64,000 bases of DNA from a virus (taxonomy: Duplodnaviria > Caudoviricetes), in IMG/VR virus record IMGVR_UViG_3300021400_001148, positions 128,001 to 192,000 of that record, one strand, 5' to 3'. Shown one piece after another: positions 47,252 to 58,455 of the stretch; position 1 is the first letter of the stretch, and every line of letters begins with the position of its first letter. The notes under the pieces are model-generated. The model did not search any database, was not told the DNA's origin, and worked only from the letters and a program-made list of their open reading frames with translations. A program made the translations under genes and the position numbers.

Positions 47252-49147
47252 ATGGCAAATATCAAGATTAACAATACACGAAAACTGAGCCTGAAATTAC
47301 GAAACGACCAGTATTGGGACTTCATGCTTTTCAAAGATGAAGCCTACGGGCGTGGCAGTGAGTTTTTCGATGATGAGAATATGGGGTGCCTTGCGTCATT
47401 CATTTCGTCCAACGATGATGAATGCGTAAAATATTTTGATAATGGAAAAGTTTTCTCCAACAAATCATGGGACGGTGCGATAAATGAACCGGAAGATGAT
47501 GATGAAAAGGGCTTGATTCTGAAAAATATTGGCTTCACTGGAGTGGATAACGGTCTTGTTTTTTACGATAAAAACATAACATCTAACCTGCAGTTTTTCA
47601 ACTATTACACAAGGAGTCATTTTGACACTTTGGGGGAAACTCGTTTAAACCTGTCTGTTGTAAGGTCAAATACCGGGGAACATTGGTATCCAGTACATCT
47701 TGTTGGTGAAGAAGCCGAAAAGTATTTTGAATTTAAGGGTGGATTCCTTCAGGGCTTTTTTAAAACATACGGCCACAAGTACCAGACACTTCCTGATTAT
47801 ATAGAAAGTGACTGGTGCCTTAATTTTTCTCTGAGGCCAAGAAAAGAATACGAAGTGGACGAACACACTTTAAATTACGAGCATCCGGAGAATAATGGCA
47901 TATTCTTCTATCTTGGAACTCGTGCGGAAAACAAGTTTTGGGAACAATTCGCCAGTGAGCAAGAAAAAGAAAAACTTAAACGGTATTTCATTGAAGGTGG
48001 TTACAATGAAGTTCAAGAAGATGTAAAGGATTATAATGGTGACAATCTTCCGTATGAATTCGATGAAGAATACCATGTACAGGCTGATGATTCTTGCCCC
48101 ACAACGCCGCAGGACTGGATATCCCCGGGGGTTATAACGCTCGACGAGGAAATCCAGTATGTTTCCGGTGTGATTCTCAAAGATTGTTGTGAAATGGATG
48201 TTCCCGTCGAACCGGATTACTACTCTGAGATTGTTTGTGGCGACGAAACTAATCCTTGGATTGAAGCGGGTTACTTCATCAAAGATATTTCTCTCGACGA
48301 CATTGATATTGAAACTCTTGGTGGTTACTCCTTGGATAAGAACACAAGTTCTGCTTATGAAATTACAAGCAACAATAAGTACCTTCTCTTTAACCAGACC
48401 TGTAGTGGGTACACCGTGCCGAAGTGGGAGAAAGACGACGGGGAGAACAAAACTTTTGTTTTCATCACGGAGAAGAAAAAAATTCCCAACTACTATCTTC
48501 TTTTCAACCAAACCCGCACTGGATACACGGTCAACACGATTGACGACTATTATGAAGAGAATTTGGATGAATATGACATTTATCGCGACCTCTATAGGAA
48601 CGCTTTCTGTCTTAAAGCCAACGAGGATGGGTCAATATCTTATCGGTACCTCCTTAAAAACTGTGGTGAGGGTAGCGACTATTATGAGTACCCCGGGGAA
48701 ATCTTGGATGAGAAATTAAAGGTTATTGAAGAAACCACATCTCCCGGACTTTTGGTTGATGGTGAATGGAACAGCGTTACGGTCCGTTTCTCCATATTAG
48801 GCGGAACAGGTTTGGATAAATGCAGTACAACAATAGGCAAACGCCTTATGCAGATTTACATATATGTTGGCGGCTATTTGAAGTTCATCAGTAAACCTCT
48901 GCCAGAGATAAGACTTCGTCCTCTCAATGATGTTGCGGATAAACAGGAAGGTGTGCCATATAACATTTCAATTGGTGGTGGCACTCAGGGCTTGGCAGAC
49001 ACCGTCTCTCTCGATTTTATGAGCCATACTGATTACACCCTGCCGCTGGAAAAGGTTTTCGGAGGGTCGTTTATGGGTGATGTCAGGCTGTTTAGATTTT
49101 ACGATTGTGCACTGGATTTAACTGCAATTAGGTCATTCAAAAAATAG
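47252..49147 (+). CDS. probable structural protein (possible lectin/LamG-like C-terminus)
   Basis: 631 aa; C-terminal IYVGG...ISIGGG...F.GDV..FRFY..AL. Confidence 0.65.
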   Translation: MANIKINNTRKLSLKLRNDQYWDFMLFKDEAYGRGSEFFDDENMGCLASFISSNDDECVKYFDNGKVFSNKSWDGAINEPEDDDEKGLILKNIGFTGVDNGLVFYDKNITSNLQFFNYYTRSHFDTLGETRLNLSVVRSNTGEHWYPVHLVGEEAEKYFEFKGGFLQGFFKTYGHKYQTLPDYIESDWCLNFSLRPRKEYEVDEHTLNYEHPENNGIFFYLGTRAENKFWEQFASEQEKEKLKRYFIEGGYNEVQEDVKDYNGDNLPYEFDEEYHVQADDSCPTTPQDWISPGVITLDEEIQYVSGVILKDCCEMDVPVEPDYYSEIVCGDETNPWIEAGYFIKDISLDDIDIETLGGYSLDKNTSSAYEITSNNKYLLFNQTCSGYTVPKWEKDDGENKTFVFITEKKKIPNYYLLFNQTRTGYTVNTIDDYYEENLDEYDIYRDLYRNAFCLKANEDGSISYRYLLKNCGEGSDYYEYPGEILDEKLKVIEETTSPGLLVDGEWNSVTVRFSILGGTGLDKCSTTIGKRLMQIYIYVGGYLKFISKPLPEIRLRPLNDVADKQEGVPYNISIGGGTQGLADTVSLDFMSHTDYTLPLEKVFGGSFMGDVRLFRFYDCALDLTAIRSFKK

Positions 49148-49245
49148 TATGGATGGCCTATTTTTAATGGTTGACTGCTATTTATGTTTAACGGACGAGA
49201 AGGTCCAGCATTTACATCAAAAAGAGAAAAGAAAACAGAAGTCGT

Positions 49246-51672
49246 ATGGCTAAACTTATATTATACCAAACCAAGTCTCCTTATGAAGGGGATGTTACTA
49301 AAAACTGTCAGATGACAGGTAAGGAAATGGACAGTAATTTCCTTAATCTCAAAGGGGATGACATAAAAACAATAGTTCTCGATGACAAAACAAATATCCT
49401 CACTGTTACAAGAAACAAGGATGGTTTCCGTGACTGTAATGGGGAGGTTATCAATGCAAAATATCGCATAGACCTTAATAAACTTGGTTTCATTTCTGAT
49501 ATCAAGGCAGAGAATGGTATGCTTATTGGTAAAAAATCAGATGGAACTAATGTTTCAGTCAGACTTTCTGATATAAGCATCCTTTGCTCCACCGATGGTA
49601 CTATCGATGGTAATGGTAGTGCTGCACACCCACTTTCAATTTCAAGAGGTTCCAGAACCGGCCAGTATTCTGCCTGCAAGGAAATCATTGATGTTATTGA
49701 GGGCGAGAAACTTCCGGAAAATCCATCTCTCGGTGAGAGGTATATCACGAGGGAGGAAATCAACAAATCCGGTAAACTCTATCCCTATGACGCAGTTTGG
49801 AAAATAGCCAAAGACCTCGAAGCGGCAAACTACGGCTGGAGAATTCCAACCAAGAAAGACTGGGATGACACTCTTATGCTTCTTGAAGGATGTAAAGACC
49901 TTCCAAAGGGATATAAGAATCACCATAGTGAGGAAACCGGAAACCTCGGTAGGTATGCCGGCAAATTAGCCAAGACAGTTGACACTTGGAAAGAACACGA
50001 GCTCAACAAGGACAACTTCGGGTTTATGGGTATCTATGCTGTCGGCTATAAGGATGCTGCCGGTAACTGGTCTGCCGGAAGTGACAATCACGCTTCGGGT
50101 ATGTCGACTGCGTTCTGGACATCCACACTCCGTGAGGGAGATAAGATTGACGATGATGGGTACAAGGTATACGCCAAACGATTCGATGCATTCAAGAAAC
50201 TCAGCACCGGAAAGGTAGAATGCGACACCGTGCGTCAGGATGTGCTCCCGCAAATTTCAAAACTTTCGCTCAGGCTTGTTAAAGACTACGACGGAACCAA
50301 TTTCAGGTCTTCTGAAGACATTTTCGGTACATATTATCCTTGCGAGATTGTTGATGCCAAAACTGATGATGAGGAAGTTAACAATGAACTTAATGAATAC
50401 TATAAGCCCAGAATTTGGACTTCCATCAACCTCTCTTATTCAACTGAGAAAATAGAGAATGAAATTGAAGATGCGCCTAAAGTCGGTGAATCTGATATCA
50501 GATTCTTCATTAACGATTGGGATGGCACCCGTTGGGTTCGTCAGGAACTTATACTCGGTGATAGTGTTGTTCTCACAGAAGAATTTGTTGATGAAAGTGG
50601 AAACACCCAGGTTCATGAATTCAGAATGCTTCCTGATGAGGAAGGTAATATCAGCCTCGTAGACCTTACTGAGGCCGGTAGTAGCGAAACTGCAAAACTC
50701 GAAGAAGAGATTGAGGCTATATCTGCAGTAACTGGAAACATCGTTTCTTCAATTGGTGGAAATGAGGATGGTACAATTGAACCTTTTGAAAATGAAATTA
50801 TTGCCAGTGCTGAAACAATTGTGGATGCAGTTACTGCAATCGCTGACGAGGTTGTTGCACAGGGTACTCGCATGAACACAATCAATGAATCTGCTGGTTT
50901 TGGCCCAGATGGTGAATATATTCCAGCAAGTGGAATCACTGAAGACGCGGAAAATATAGCAGAGGCTGTTCAAATTCTTAGTGATGCAATTTCTGGGGGT
51001 GCAGGTACTACTGGCAAAATTATTGAATCGGTCGGTCTCAACGACGATGGTACAATGCCGGAGGTTGAAGGCGAATACCTTGACAGCCCAGAAACTGTCA
51101 TTGATGCTCTCAAAGCACTTGATGAAGCAATAAAGGCTGGAAGAGAAGAATCCTCTGCCAAAACCGAAGCAATCATTGAATCTGTTGGACTTGACGAAAA
51201 CGGCCACTATGTTGCGACAACAGATAAATTTACCAGTGCCGCCACCAAGGTTACGGAAGCAATTGGTCTGCTTAACAATCAGGCTGTTAGCAACCAAGAT
51301 GAAACAGACTCAATAGAAACTGCAGTTGGGCTTGATGAGAATGGTGATTATGTAAAGAAAACGACCGGCCATTTCATTAACGAGGCTAATTCAATTGAAG
51401 AAGAAATTGCTGCACTTGATGAACAGATACATGATGATGACAAGGAACTCGAAAATGTTGAGGCTTCTGTTGGTTTAAAAGTTGGCAAGGGCGACCTTCC
51501 TGATGAATATGCCAGCACCAATGTCATTAGCAATGGTATGACAGTCATTGAGGCTGTTGAATCTATCGACAAAAAAATCGGCACCCCTTCTGATGTAAGG
51601 CTCGAAGGCCAAAAGGATGATGAGATTTCACTTTACGCTTATATTAACGAATCAGATTACGGCGAATTTTAA
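49246..51672 (+). CDS. fibre-like protein with FISUMP (Fibrobacter succinogenes major paralogous)-like domain and coiled-coil repeats
   Basis: GKLY.Y.....GWRIPTKKDW...FWTST...SLRLVKD; C-terminal IE.SVGL..+G repeats. Confidence 0.7.
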   Translation: MAKLILYQTKSPYEGDVTKNCQMTGKEMDSNFLNLKGDDIKTIVLDDKTNILTVTRNKDGFRDCNGEVINAKYRIDLNKLGFISDIKAENGMLIGKKSDGTNVSVRLSDISILCSTDGTIDGNGSAAHPLSISRGSRTGQYSACKEIIDVIEGEKLPENPSLGERYITREEINKSGKLYPYDAVWKIAKDLEAANYGWRIPTKKDWDDTLMLLEGCKDLPKGYKNHHSEETGNLGRYAGKLAKTVDTWKEHELNKDNFGFMGIYAVGYKDAAGNWSAGSDNHASGMSTAFWTSTLREGDKIDDDGYKVYAKRFDAFKKLSTGKVECDTVRQDVLPQISKLSLRLVKDYDGTNFRSSEDIFGTYYPCEIVDAKTDDEEVNNELNEYYKPRIWTSINLSYSTEKIENEIEDAPKVGESDIRFFINDWDGTRWVRQELILGDSVVLTEEFVDESGNTQVHEFRMLPDEEGNISLVDLTEAGSSETAKLEEEIEAISAVTGNIVSSIGGNEDGTIEPFENEIIASAETIVDAVTAIADEVVAQGTRMNTINESAGFGPDGEYIPASGITEDAENIAEAVQILSDAISGGAGTTGKIIESVGLNDDGTMPEVEGEYLDSPETVIDALKALDEAIKAGREESSAKTEAIIESVGLDENGHYVATTDKFTSAATKVTEAIGLLNNQAVSNQDETDSIETAVGLDENGDYVKKTTGHFINEANSIEEEIAALDEQIHDDDKELENVEASVGLKVGKGDLPDEYASTNVISNGMTVIEAVESIDKKIGTPSDVRLEGQKDDEISLYAYINESDYGEF

Positions 51673-51673
51673 T

Positions 51674-52537
51674 ATGGATTTTAAAGATAGAATACTTCGT
51701 TTAAGGCGAGCAAAAACTATTTTCAATAGCAGGGATGCCGCCATGGCTTATGTAGAGGACAATAGAAAGTCCCACTACGGGGAGCCTGTCGTTGTACGCT
51801 ATCGCGGTGAAAAAGGCGAAATCTACGCAATACTCGCCATTGGTTCATCGGAATATACAGCCAAAAACCCCAATAACAGGTATCAATATATTGACCCGGG
51901 GCTTATGGAGAAACTTCTTCACGGTGAACTTGAAGGTAGAGTTGCAGCGGATGAGAAAATGTATGCATCAATCGGGCTTGGCTCGGAAGGAGCACACGAA
52001 AGGTCCGCCGGACACTATACCAGTGCAAGAACCATTAACAGTATTGAAGAAGAGATACTCGCGGTTGATGCTGAAGTTTTTGCAGTTAACGAAAAAATTT
52101 CTGATGAATCTTCTGCCAGACAATCGGACAAAACCCAAATAATCGAGGCGGTTGGGCTTTCGGAAACCGGTAATTATAAAACAATGGGGTACTATTACAC
52201 CACCGGAGCAACCTCAGTGTCAGAAAGTATAAAACTTCTTGATAGTAAGTTACACGACATTGAAACTTTTGTGGGCAAATCCACTGATGCTAAAACCAAA
52301 AACACTGTTTTCGGCTACATTAACAAAATGAAGGCTGAAACCGACTCGGATGTATCAGAACTGGACCGCACATTGGAAATGGTTGATGGGAAATTTAAGC
52401 CTTACACTGTGGAGGATGGTACAAAATATATAAACAACCAAAACTCAATCAGGGATGAAATCCGCGCATTGGATTTTGCTATACAAAATTTGGCAAAGGC
52501 AATTGAGGAGATTCACGCTGATATCAACAAAAATTAA
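51674..52537 (+). CDS. fibre-associated protein
   Basis: N-terminal F.SR..A.....GEPVV.RY domain shared with the next gene; GL..+G repeats; start corrected to MDFKDRI. Confidence 0.7.
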   Translation: MDFKDRILRLRRAKTIFNSRDAAMAYVEDNRKSHYGEPVVVRYRGEKGEIYAILAIGSSEYTAKNPNNRYQYIDPGLMEKLLHGELEGRVAADEKMYASIGLGSEGAHERSAGHYTSARTINSIEEEILAVDAEVFAVNEKISDESSARQSDKTQIIEAVGLSETGNYKTMGYYYTTGATSVSESIKLLDSKLHDIETFVGKSTDAKTKNTVFGYINKMKAETDSDVSELDRTLEMVDGKFKPYTVEDGTKYINNQNSIRDEIRALDFAIQNLAKAIEEIHADINKN

Positions 52538-52558
52538 AAGTAAACACTACAATATATT

Positions 52559-55500
52559 ATGGCAAACAAAGGCGCATTCATAAATGGTGACACAGGTCAG
52601 ACTACAAGTAGAGAATTGAGATTCCTTCACGCTGGTGCGTCGTTCAACACCCGTGAGGAAGCAAAACAATACATTTTAGACAAGGTTGGTGATGAAACAA
52701 TCAACTCAACCTATGCACAGCCTGTTGTTGCCAGATACAAAGATAATGGCGGGGAACAGATTATACTCGGTATTGGCAAGGGAGATAATGGGTTTCATTT
52801 CATTGACTCTGCAGCAATAGAGCATGATATTCGTGCCATCATCGAGAGCATCGGTGTTGGCTCAGAGGGCATTGATGTTGTATACAGTGACGAAAAACTC
52901 GTTTCTGTCAAAGATGAAATTCTCAAATTAAATGAGATAATTCAGAATGGTGATGAAACCACTGCATTTGATACGATTAACACCGTCGCCGCAAAAATTG
53001 ATGAAATACTTTCAACGATTTCAAACGACGAGAGAGTTTCAAATAGTATAATTGAATCCGTTGGTCTGAATGCAGATGGTACACTTCCGGAATTTGAAAG
53101 CACGGAGTATATCGCTGACGGCGAATCACTGAAACACGCAATTGAAACTCTTGACGAGTCTCTTGCTGGTGTGCAGTCACAGGTTACATCGAACAAAATC
53201 GCAAGTGCTGATGGTAGTATTGTGGTTACCGCTGATGAGACTGGTACTGATGTCGCTGTTAATGTAGACAGAACCACAGTCGTGGTAGGTAATAACGGCA
53301 AGGTTTCAACTGGCCTTTGGATTAAGAAATATGATGAAAACGATAACATAAGCCCGGACCTCCGTGCCGTGTACAAACTTGTTGATGCGAACGGTACACC
53401 CGTTTCCGGAAGTAAGGACATCGAAATTCCAAAAGACAGTTCGTTCGTTACCGCACAACTTGGCACCGAAGACATCTATGTTGATACAAATACAGGTGAG
53501 ATTCACGACCCCGGTGTTGAACAAGGTAAAAAGGTAGATGTGCTTTTCCTTGTCTATCTGAACAATGAAAACAAATATGTTGGTGTACAGATTCCAATTG
53601 GTGATTTCCTTCAGGAAGCCGAGTTTAAAGACGGTTTAAAGGTTGTAAACCATGAGGTTTATGTTCGTATTGATGATACTTCTGAGGCTTTCCTTTCCGT
53701 AAGTCCGGATGGCGTTAAACTTTCTGGTGTGCAAACTGCAATTGATGATGCGGTTGAATCCGAGAAGGAGCGTGCTATTTTGGAGGAAGAAGCACTTGAC
53801 GCTGCAATAAAATCCGAAGAAAATAGGGCGAAAGCCGCAGAGAAGGATATTAGGCAAAAGGTTGGTTTGGATGAAGAAACAGGTGCATATGTTCCTTACA
53901 CTGAAGGCGTATATACTTCTGCAGCAACAACCGTCCTTGACGCAACATCCAAACTTGACGATGCTGTCAAGGATATACAGAAACAGGTTATTGATAATCA
54001 TGTGGAGGGTGAAAACGCAATTGTTGCCACCCCCGGGGACGGTAAAACAGTAGTTTCACTCAAAATAGGACAAGAAGATAAACTGCTCACAAATGACACT
54101 GAAGGCCTTCACTCAACCATTGACCTTGTTGAAGTTACTGGTGAAGAGCTCAGGGCTCTTGGCAATGATGTGCGGGAAGCCTATAAACTCACTGGTGTAA
54201 ACAGTCAGATTGGTGCATACATTAAGATATACAACAATTCATCCGCACTTCATAGTATCGCCGTGGGTGATATGGGTGACAGGTTCAGTGCTCCCCTTGA
54301 TGGAAGTGACGGTAAAAAAACTGTTTATCCCGACGGAATCATAACCGGTAGTACACATCAAGAAGCCATAAGAGTTATTTACAAAACTGACAAACTCGAT
54401 GATGCTACTGGTATGGCCATTTATGAAATGGTTCTTACAGATGTTGATAGTTTCCTTCAGACAGATGAGTTTGAGGATGGTCTCGAAGTGGTTCACGGAG
54501 AAGAGAGTGATATCGTTAAAGTTAAGATTGCTGAGGATTCTGAAGAATTCTTAACAGTCAGTATCACCGGTGTCAAACTTTCTGGCGTACAAACTGCGAT
54601 TGACAACGCTGTTGAGGTTGAAAAAGAGCGTGCAACCGCCAAAGAAAATGAAATTGCGGATAATCTTGCAAGTGAAATCACAAGTGCCAGAACTGAAGAA
54701 GCTCGTATTGAGGCTAAGGTTGATGCTGAAAAAACTCGTGCCGAGGCTGCCGAAGCCGACCTTCAATCTCAAATAACCGCAGAGGTTGAACGCGCAATCG
54801 CACGCGAGAACGCTATTGAAACTGACCTTCAGTCTGAGGTTACAAGGGCTACAGGCGAAGAAACCCGTATTGAAAGTAGACTTAACGGTGAGATTGATAG
54901 GGCTATTGAACAAGAAGATACTATAGAATCCAATGTTGGCCTTGATGAAAATGGCAAACATATCCAGACGGAAGGCAACTACACAAACGCAGCCACCACA
55001 ATTACAGGTGAAATCGCAGCCCTTGATACACAAGTAAAGAACGAACAGGATGAAATTGACCACGTTGAGGACGCAGCTGGCTTTGCGGCCGACGGCACAT
55101 ATGTTAAATACACTGGTGGTGCCTACATATCCAATGCAACAAGCGTCCTTGATGCGACATCCAAACTTGATGATGCAATTGTTGATGTTCAGGAACAAAT
55201 CACGGCTAATAAGGTGGTTGGTGACAACGCTATAGTTGTAACGACCGCTACCACAGGAACAACCGTTAGTCTTAAACTTAAGGGTGATAACATCTTGACT
55301 AATAATGCTGACGGCCTTTATGCTACATTGACTATCAAACAACTTTCAAGTGGTGCAGCTGAGGCTCTTGGTGAAAATGTTCGTGAAGCATATAAACTTG
55401 TGGGTGTTGATGGGGAAACTCAGTTGGGTGATGTAATCAAAGTTTACAAAGACTCCTCACTTGTGGATGTTTCTATTGGTGATATGGGCGACAAATTTGC

Positions 55501-58453
55501 TAACCCTACAACTGATGACTATCACTCCAAAGATACGAACATCGATGCGGGTATCACCGGGAAAGAGGCATTAAGGTTTATCTATCTTCTTTCAGACGGA
55601 ACTTATGAAATGGCTCTCATAGACCTTTCATCTTATTTGAGAGAGTCAGAGTTTGAGGACGGACTTGAGGTTTCTGGCCACATTGTCAAGGTTAAAATTG
55701 ACCCCGCATCTGAGGCTTTCTTAAGTGTAAGCGGCAACGGTGTGAAATTGAGTGGTGTACAAGATGCCATCAACGACGAAGCAAACCGTGCCACAAGGCA
55801 AGAAGATACTATTGAAGGTGCCGTTGGTCTCAATACTGATGGCACACATAAGAGAAGCGGCGGTACCTATACCAATAACGCAAATACAATAGCAGATGAG
55901 ATTGCTGCACTTGATGCACAGGCTGCTGCAAATCAGACTGAAACAGACACAATTGAATCTGCCGTCGGGCTTGATGAAACTGGTGTTCACAAACCTACTT
56001 CCGGCAAATACACAAATAGTGCTACCACAATTGCCGGTGAAATCGCCGCCCTTGATGCTGAGGCTTTCAGACATTCTGGTGAAACTGATAACATCGAAAC
56101 TGCAGTTGGGCTCGATGCTGACGGCAACTATGTCCGTACAACCGGTGATATTACCAGAGATGCTGATAGTGTTAAGGCAGCTATTGAACTTCTCGACAGA
56201 AATGCTGTTTCCGAACAAGCAGAGATAGATGTGGTTGAAGATAATGTTGGTTTAAATGCTGACGGCACACACAAAGCGTCTGGCGGACATTATACTAATG
56301 ATGCTACAACAATTGTTGGCGAAATTGCTGCACTTGATGCAGAAGCATATAGACATTCTGGTGAGACCAACAACATTGAAACTGCAGTTGGGCTTGATGC
56401 CGACGGAAACTATGTTCATACCACCGGTCAAACCACTAGTGCGGCTGAAAGCATTAAGGAGGCCATTGAGCTCCTCGACGCTAAATCATCCACTGATGCT
56501 GGTGAGGTTGATAATATCGAGGCTTCTGTTGGACTTGACGAAAATGGCGGATATGTTGCACCTTCCGGAGAATATGTATCCACCTCTACAACAGTCAAAA
56601 ATGCCATTGAACTTCTCGACGCACAGGCAGTCTCCAATCAAACTGAAACTGACACGATTGAAAACGGTGTTGGTCTGAATGCCAATGGAACACATAAGCC
56701 ATCCGGTGGGCATTACACAAACAATGCTACAACAATTGCCGGCGAGATTGCAGCCCTCGACACACAAGCAAAGGACGAACAGGATGAAATCGACCGGATT
56801 GAATCTGCTGCTGGTTTTAATGAGAACGGAACATATAAACAAACCAGAACCAAATACACCAGCGGTACATCATCGGTTTATGACGCAATTGAGGCACTTG
56901 ATACTCAGGAAACATCCAATCAGGATGAGACTGATAGAATTGAGTCTGGTGTTGGACTTGATGCAAGTGGTAATTATGTAAGGCCTTCCGGAAGATACAT
57001 TAGTGGAACTTCAAGTGTGATGGAAGCCATTGAATCACTCAATGCCCATGCAAGTGATAGTCAAAATGAACTTGATAAAGCTGAAAGTAGTGTTGGACTT
57101 AATGAAGATGGCTCATACAAGGCCACTAGGACAAGATATACCAGTGGGACTAGTTCGGTGTACAGTGCTATTGAGGCCCTCGATACGCAAGAAGCCGACA
57201 ATCAAAATGAAACCGATAGAATTGAAACGGGGGTTGGTCTTAATGCCGACGGAACATACACATCACCTTCCGGTAAGTATGTCAGTGGAAGCACGAGTGT
57301 GATTGACGCCATTTCTAAACTCAACACTGAGTTTGAAAATGTGCACACAGAAATAGACGAAACTAATGATGACCTTGCAACCGTTCGCAGCAGTGTTGGC
57401 CTTGCATCTGACGGTTCGCATGTTGCTTCTTCGGGACGATACACTTCAGGTGCCAGTACAGTTGAGGGTGAAATCGTCGCCCTCGATGCACAGGCGGTCG
57501 CAAATCAGAATGAAACTGATGCGATTGAAAATGCGGTTGGACTAAATGCTGATGGAACTTTCAAAACCATCAACGGAAATTATACCACTGATGCCGGAAG
57601 TACTTCAGATGCAATTAAGGCTGTTGATGCTCAAACTAAGTTGAATACCGACCATATTGCAACTAACGCCTCTGACATCCTTAAAAACAAGGTATACAGT
57701 TCAAGTAATGCGATAGAGGTTGAACACACTGACACAGAGGGCGCTGGTACAAAAGTAGGACTCACCATTAATGGTAATGATATGGTTCTTACCCAAGATG
57801 CCGGTCTGCTTGCTACCATACACCTCGAAAAAGTAACTGGCGTTACAACAGCTGGAACTGCTTATACGGCAATTCAACTTAAAGGGAAAGAGGGTAGAAT
57901 AATCGATGAAATTGACGCGAGCGACTTTGTTGCTGACGGATTCTTGGAGTCAGTTGAAGTTGTGACAAGAGGTGCTAGCACTTACATTGTATTCACTTGG
58001 AATACCGCGGCTGGAAGTAGGGTTACAGAAATACCTGTAACAGATATCTTTGTTCCCTACACAGCATCTACCGGTGTTAGGCTTGTTGGGCACGATTTCC
58101 AAGGTGTTGTTGACCCGAATAGTGACAAGTACTTGACTGTTGGTCTTGATGGTTTCAAACTCGATGGTATTGAAGAAGTTGTTGAAGAATTTGAAGAGGC
58201 GGTCAGAGATATTAACGAGAAACTCGTAGACATTGTCTCTGACAATGAGGCTTTGGTAATCACCAACGAAGACCAGGGCTTCAGAAAATATCGTAGATTA
58301 ACGATAACTCTTGGTTCTACTCTTGATACTACTGAGACTCAATTACCTGAAAAGAACTATTTAAGAATAGCAGATGATGGTCTTCATACAACCATCAGGC
58401 CGCTTACTAATGAAGAAATTCATGGAATAACAAATATTGACAATATACAATAA
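52559..58453 (+). CDS. giant repetitive fibre / tail-associated protein (1964 aa)
   Basis: About 17 copies of a ~42-aa IE..VGL..+G.Y....Y...A..+...I..LD unit, plus repeated EF.DGL.V...V.V+ID..SE.FL.V...GVKLSGVQ blocks. Confidence 0.8.
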   Translation: MANKGAFINGDTGQTTSRELRFLHAGASFNTREEAKQYILDKVGDETINSTYAQPVVARYKDNGGEQIILGIGKGDNGFHFIDSAAIEHDIRAIIESIGVGSEGIDVVYSDEKLVSVKDEILKLNEIIQNGDETTAFDTINTVAAKIDEILSTISNDERVSNSIIESVGLNADGTLPEFESTEYIADGESLKHAIETLDESLAGVQSQVTSNKIASADGSIVVTADETGTDVAVNVDRTTVVVGNNGKVSTGLWIKKYDENDNISPDLRAVYKLVDANGTPVSGSKDIEIPKDSSFVTAQLGTEDIYVDTNTGEIHDPGVEQGKKVDVLFLVYLNNENKYVGVQIPIGDFLQEAEFKDGLKVVNHEVYVRIDDTSEAFLSVSPDGVKLSGVQTAIDDAVESEKERAILEEEALDAAIKSEENRAKAAEKDIRQKVGLDEETGAYVPYTEGVYTSAATTVLDATSKLDDAVKDIQKQVIDNHVEGENAIVATPGDGKTVVSLKIGQEDKLLTNDTEGLHSTIDLVEVTGEELRALGNDVREAYKLTGVNSQIGAYIKIYNNSSALHSIAVGDMGDRFSAPLDGSDGKKTVYPDGIITGSTHQEAIRVIYKTDKLDDATGMAIYEMVLTDVDSFLQTDEFEDGLEVVHGEESDIVKVKIAEDSEEFLTVSITGVKLSGVQTAIDNAVEVEKERATAKENEIADNLASEITSARTEEARIEAKVDAEKTRAEAAEADLQSQITAEVERAIARENAIETDLQSEVTRATGEETRIESRLNGEIDRAIEQEDTIESNVGLDENGKHIQTEGNYTNAATTITGEIAALDTQVKNEQDEIDHVEDAAGFAADGTYVKYTGGAYISNATSVLDATSKLDDAIVDVQEQITANKVVGDNAIVVTTATTGTTVSLKLKGDNILTNNADGLYATLTIKQLSSGAAEALGENVREAYKLVGVDGETQLGDVIKVYKDSSLVDVSIGDMGDKFANPTTDDYHSKDTNIDAGITGKEALRFIYLLSDGTYEMALIDLSSYLRESEFEDGLEVSGHIVKVKIDPASEAFLSVSGNGVKLSGVQDAINDEANRATRQEDTIEGAVGLNTDGTHKRSGGTYTNNANTIADEIAALDAQAAANQTETDTIESAVGLDETGVHKPTSGKYTNSATTIAGEIAALDAEAFRHSGETDNIETAVGLDADGNYVRTTGDITRDADSVKAAIELLDRNAVSEQAEIDVVEDNVGLNADGTHKASGGHYTNDATTIVGEIAALDAEAYRHSGETNNIETAVGLDADGNYVHTTGQTTSAAESIKEAIELLDAKSSTDAGEVDNIEASVGLDENGGYVAPSGEYVSTSTTVKNAIELLDAQAVSNQTETDTIENGVGLNANGTHKPSGGHYTNNATTIAGEIAALDTQAKDEQDEIDRIESAAGFNENGTYKQTRTKYTSGTSSVYDAIEALDTQETSNQDETDRIESGVGLDASGNYVRPSGRYISGTSSVMEAIESLNAHASDSQNELDKAESSVGLNEDGSYKATRTRYTSGTSSVYSAIEALDTQEADNQNETDRIETGVGLNADGTYTSPSGKYVSGSTSVIDAISKLNTEFENVHTEIDETNDDLATVRSSVGLASDGSHVASSGRYTSGASTVEGEIVALDAQAVANQNETDAIENAVGLNADGTFKTINGNYTTDAGSTSDAIKAVDAQTKLNTDHIATNASDILKNKVYSSSNAIEVEHTDTEGAGTKVGLTINGNDMVLTQDAGLLATIHLEKVTGVTTAGTAYTAIQLKGKEGRIIDEIDASDFVADGFLESVEVVTRGASTYIVFTWNTAAGSRVTEIPVTDIFVPYTASTGVRLVGHDFQGVVDPNSDKYLTVGLDGFKLDGIEEVVEEFEEAVRDINEKLVDIVSDNEALVITNEDQGFRKYRRLTITLGSTLDTTETQLPEKNYLRIADDGLHTTIRPLTNEEIHGITNIDNIQ

Positions 58454-58455
58454 CA

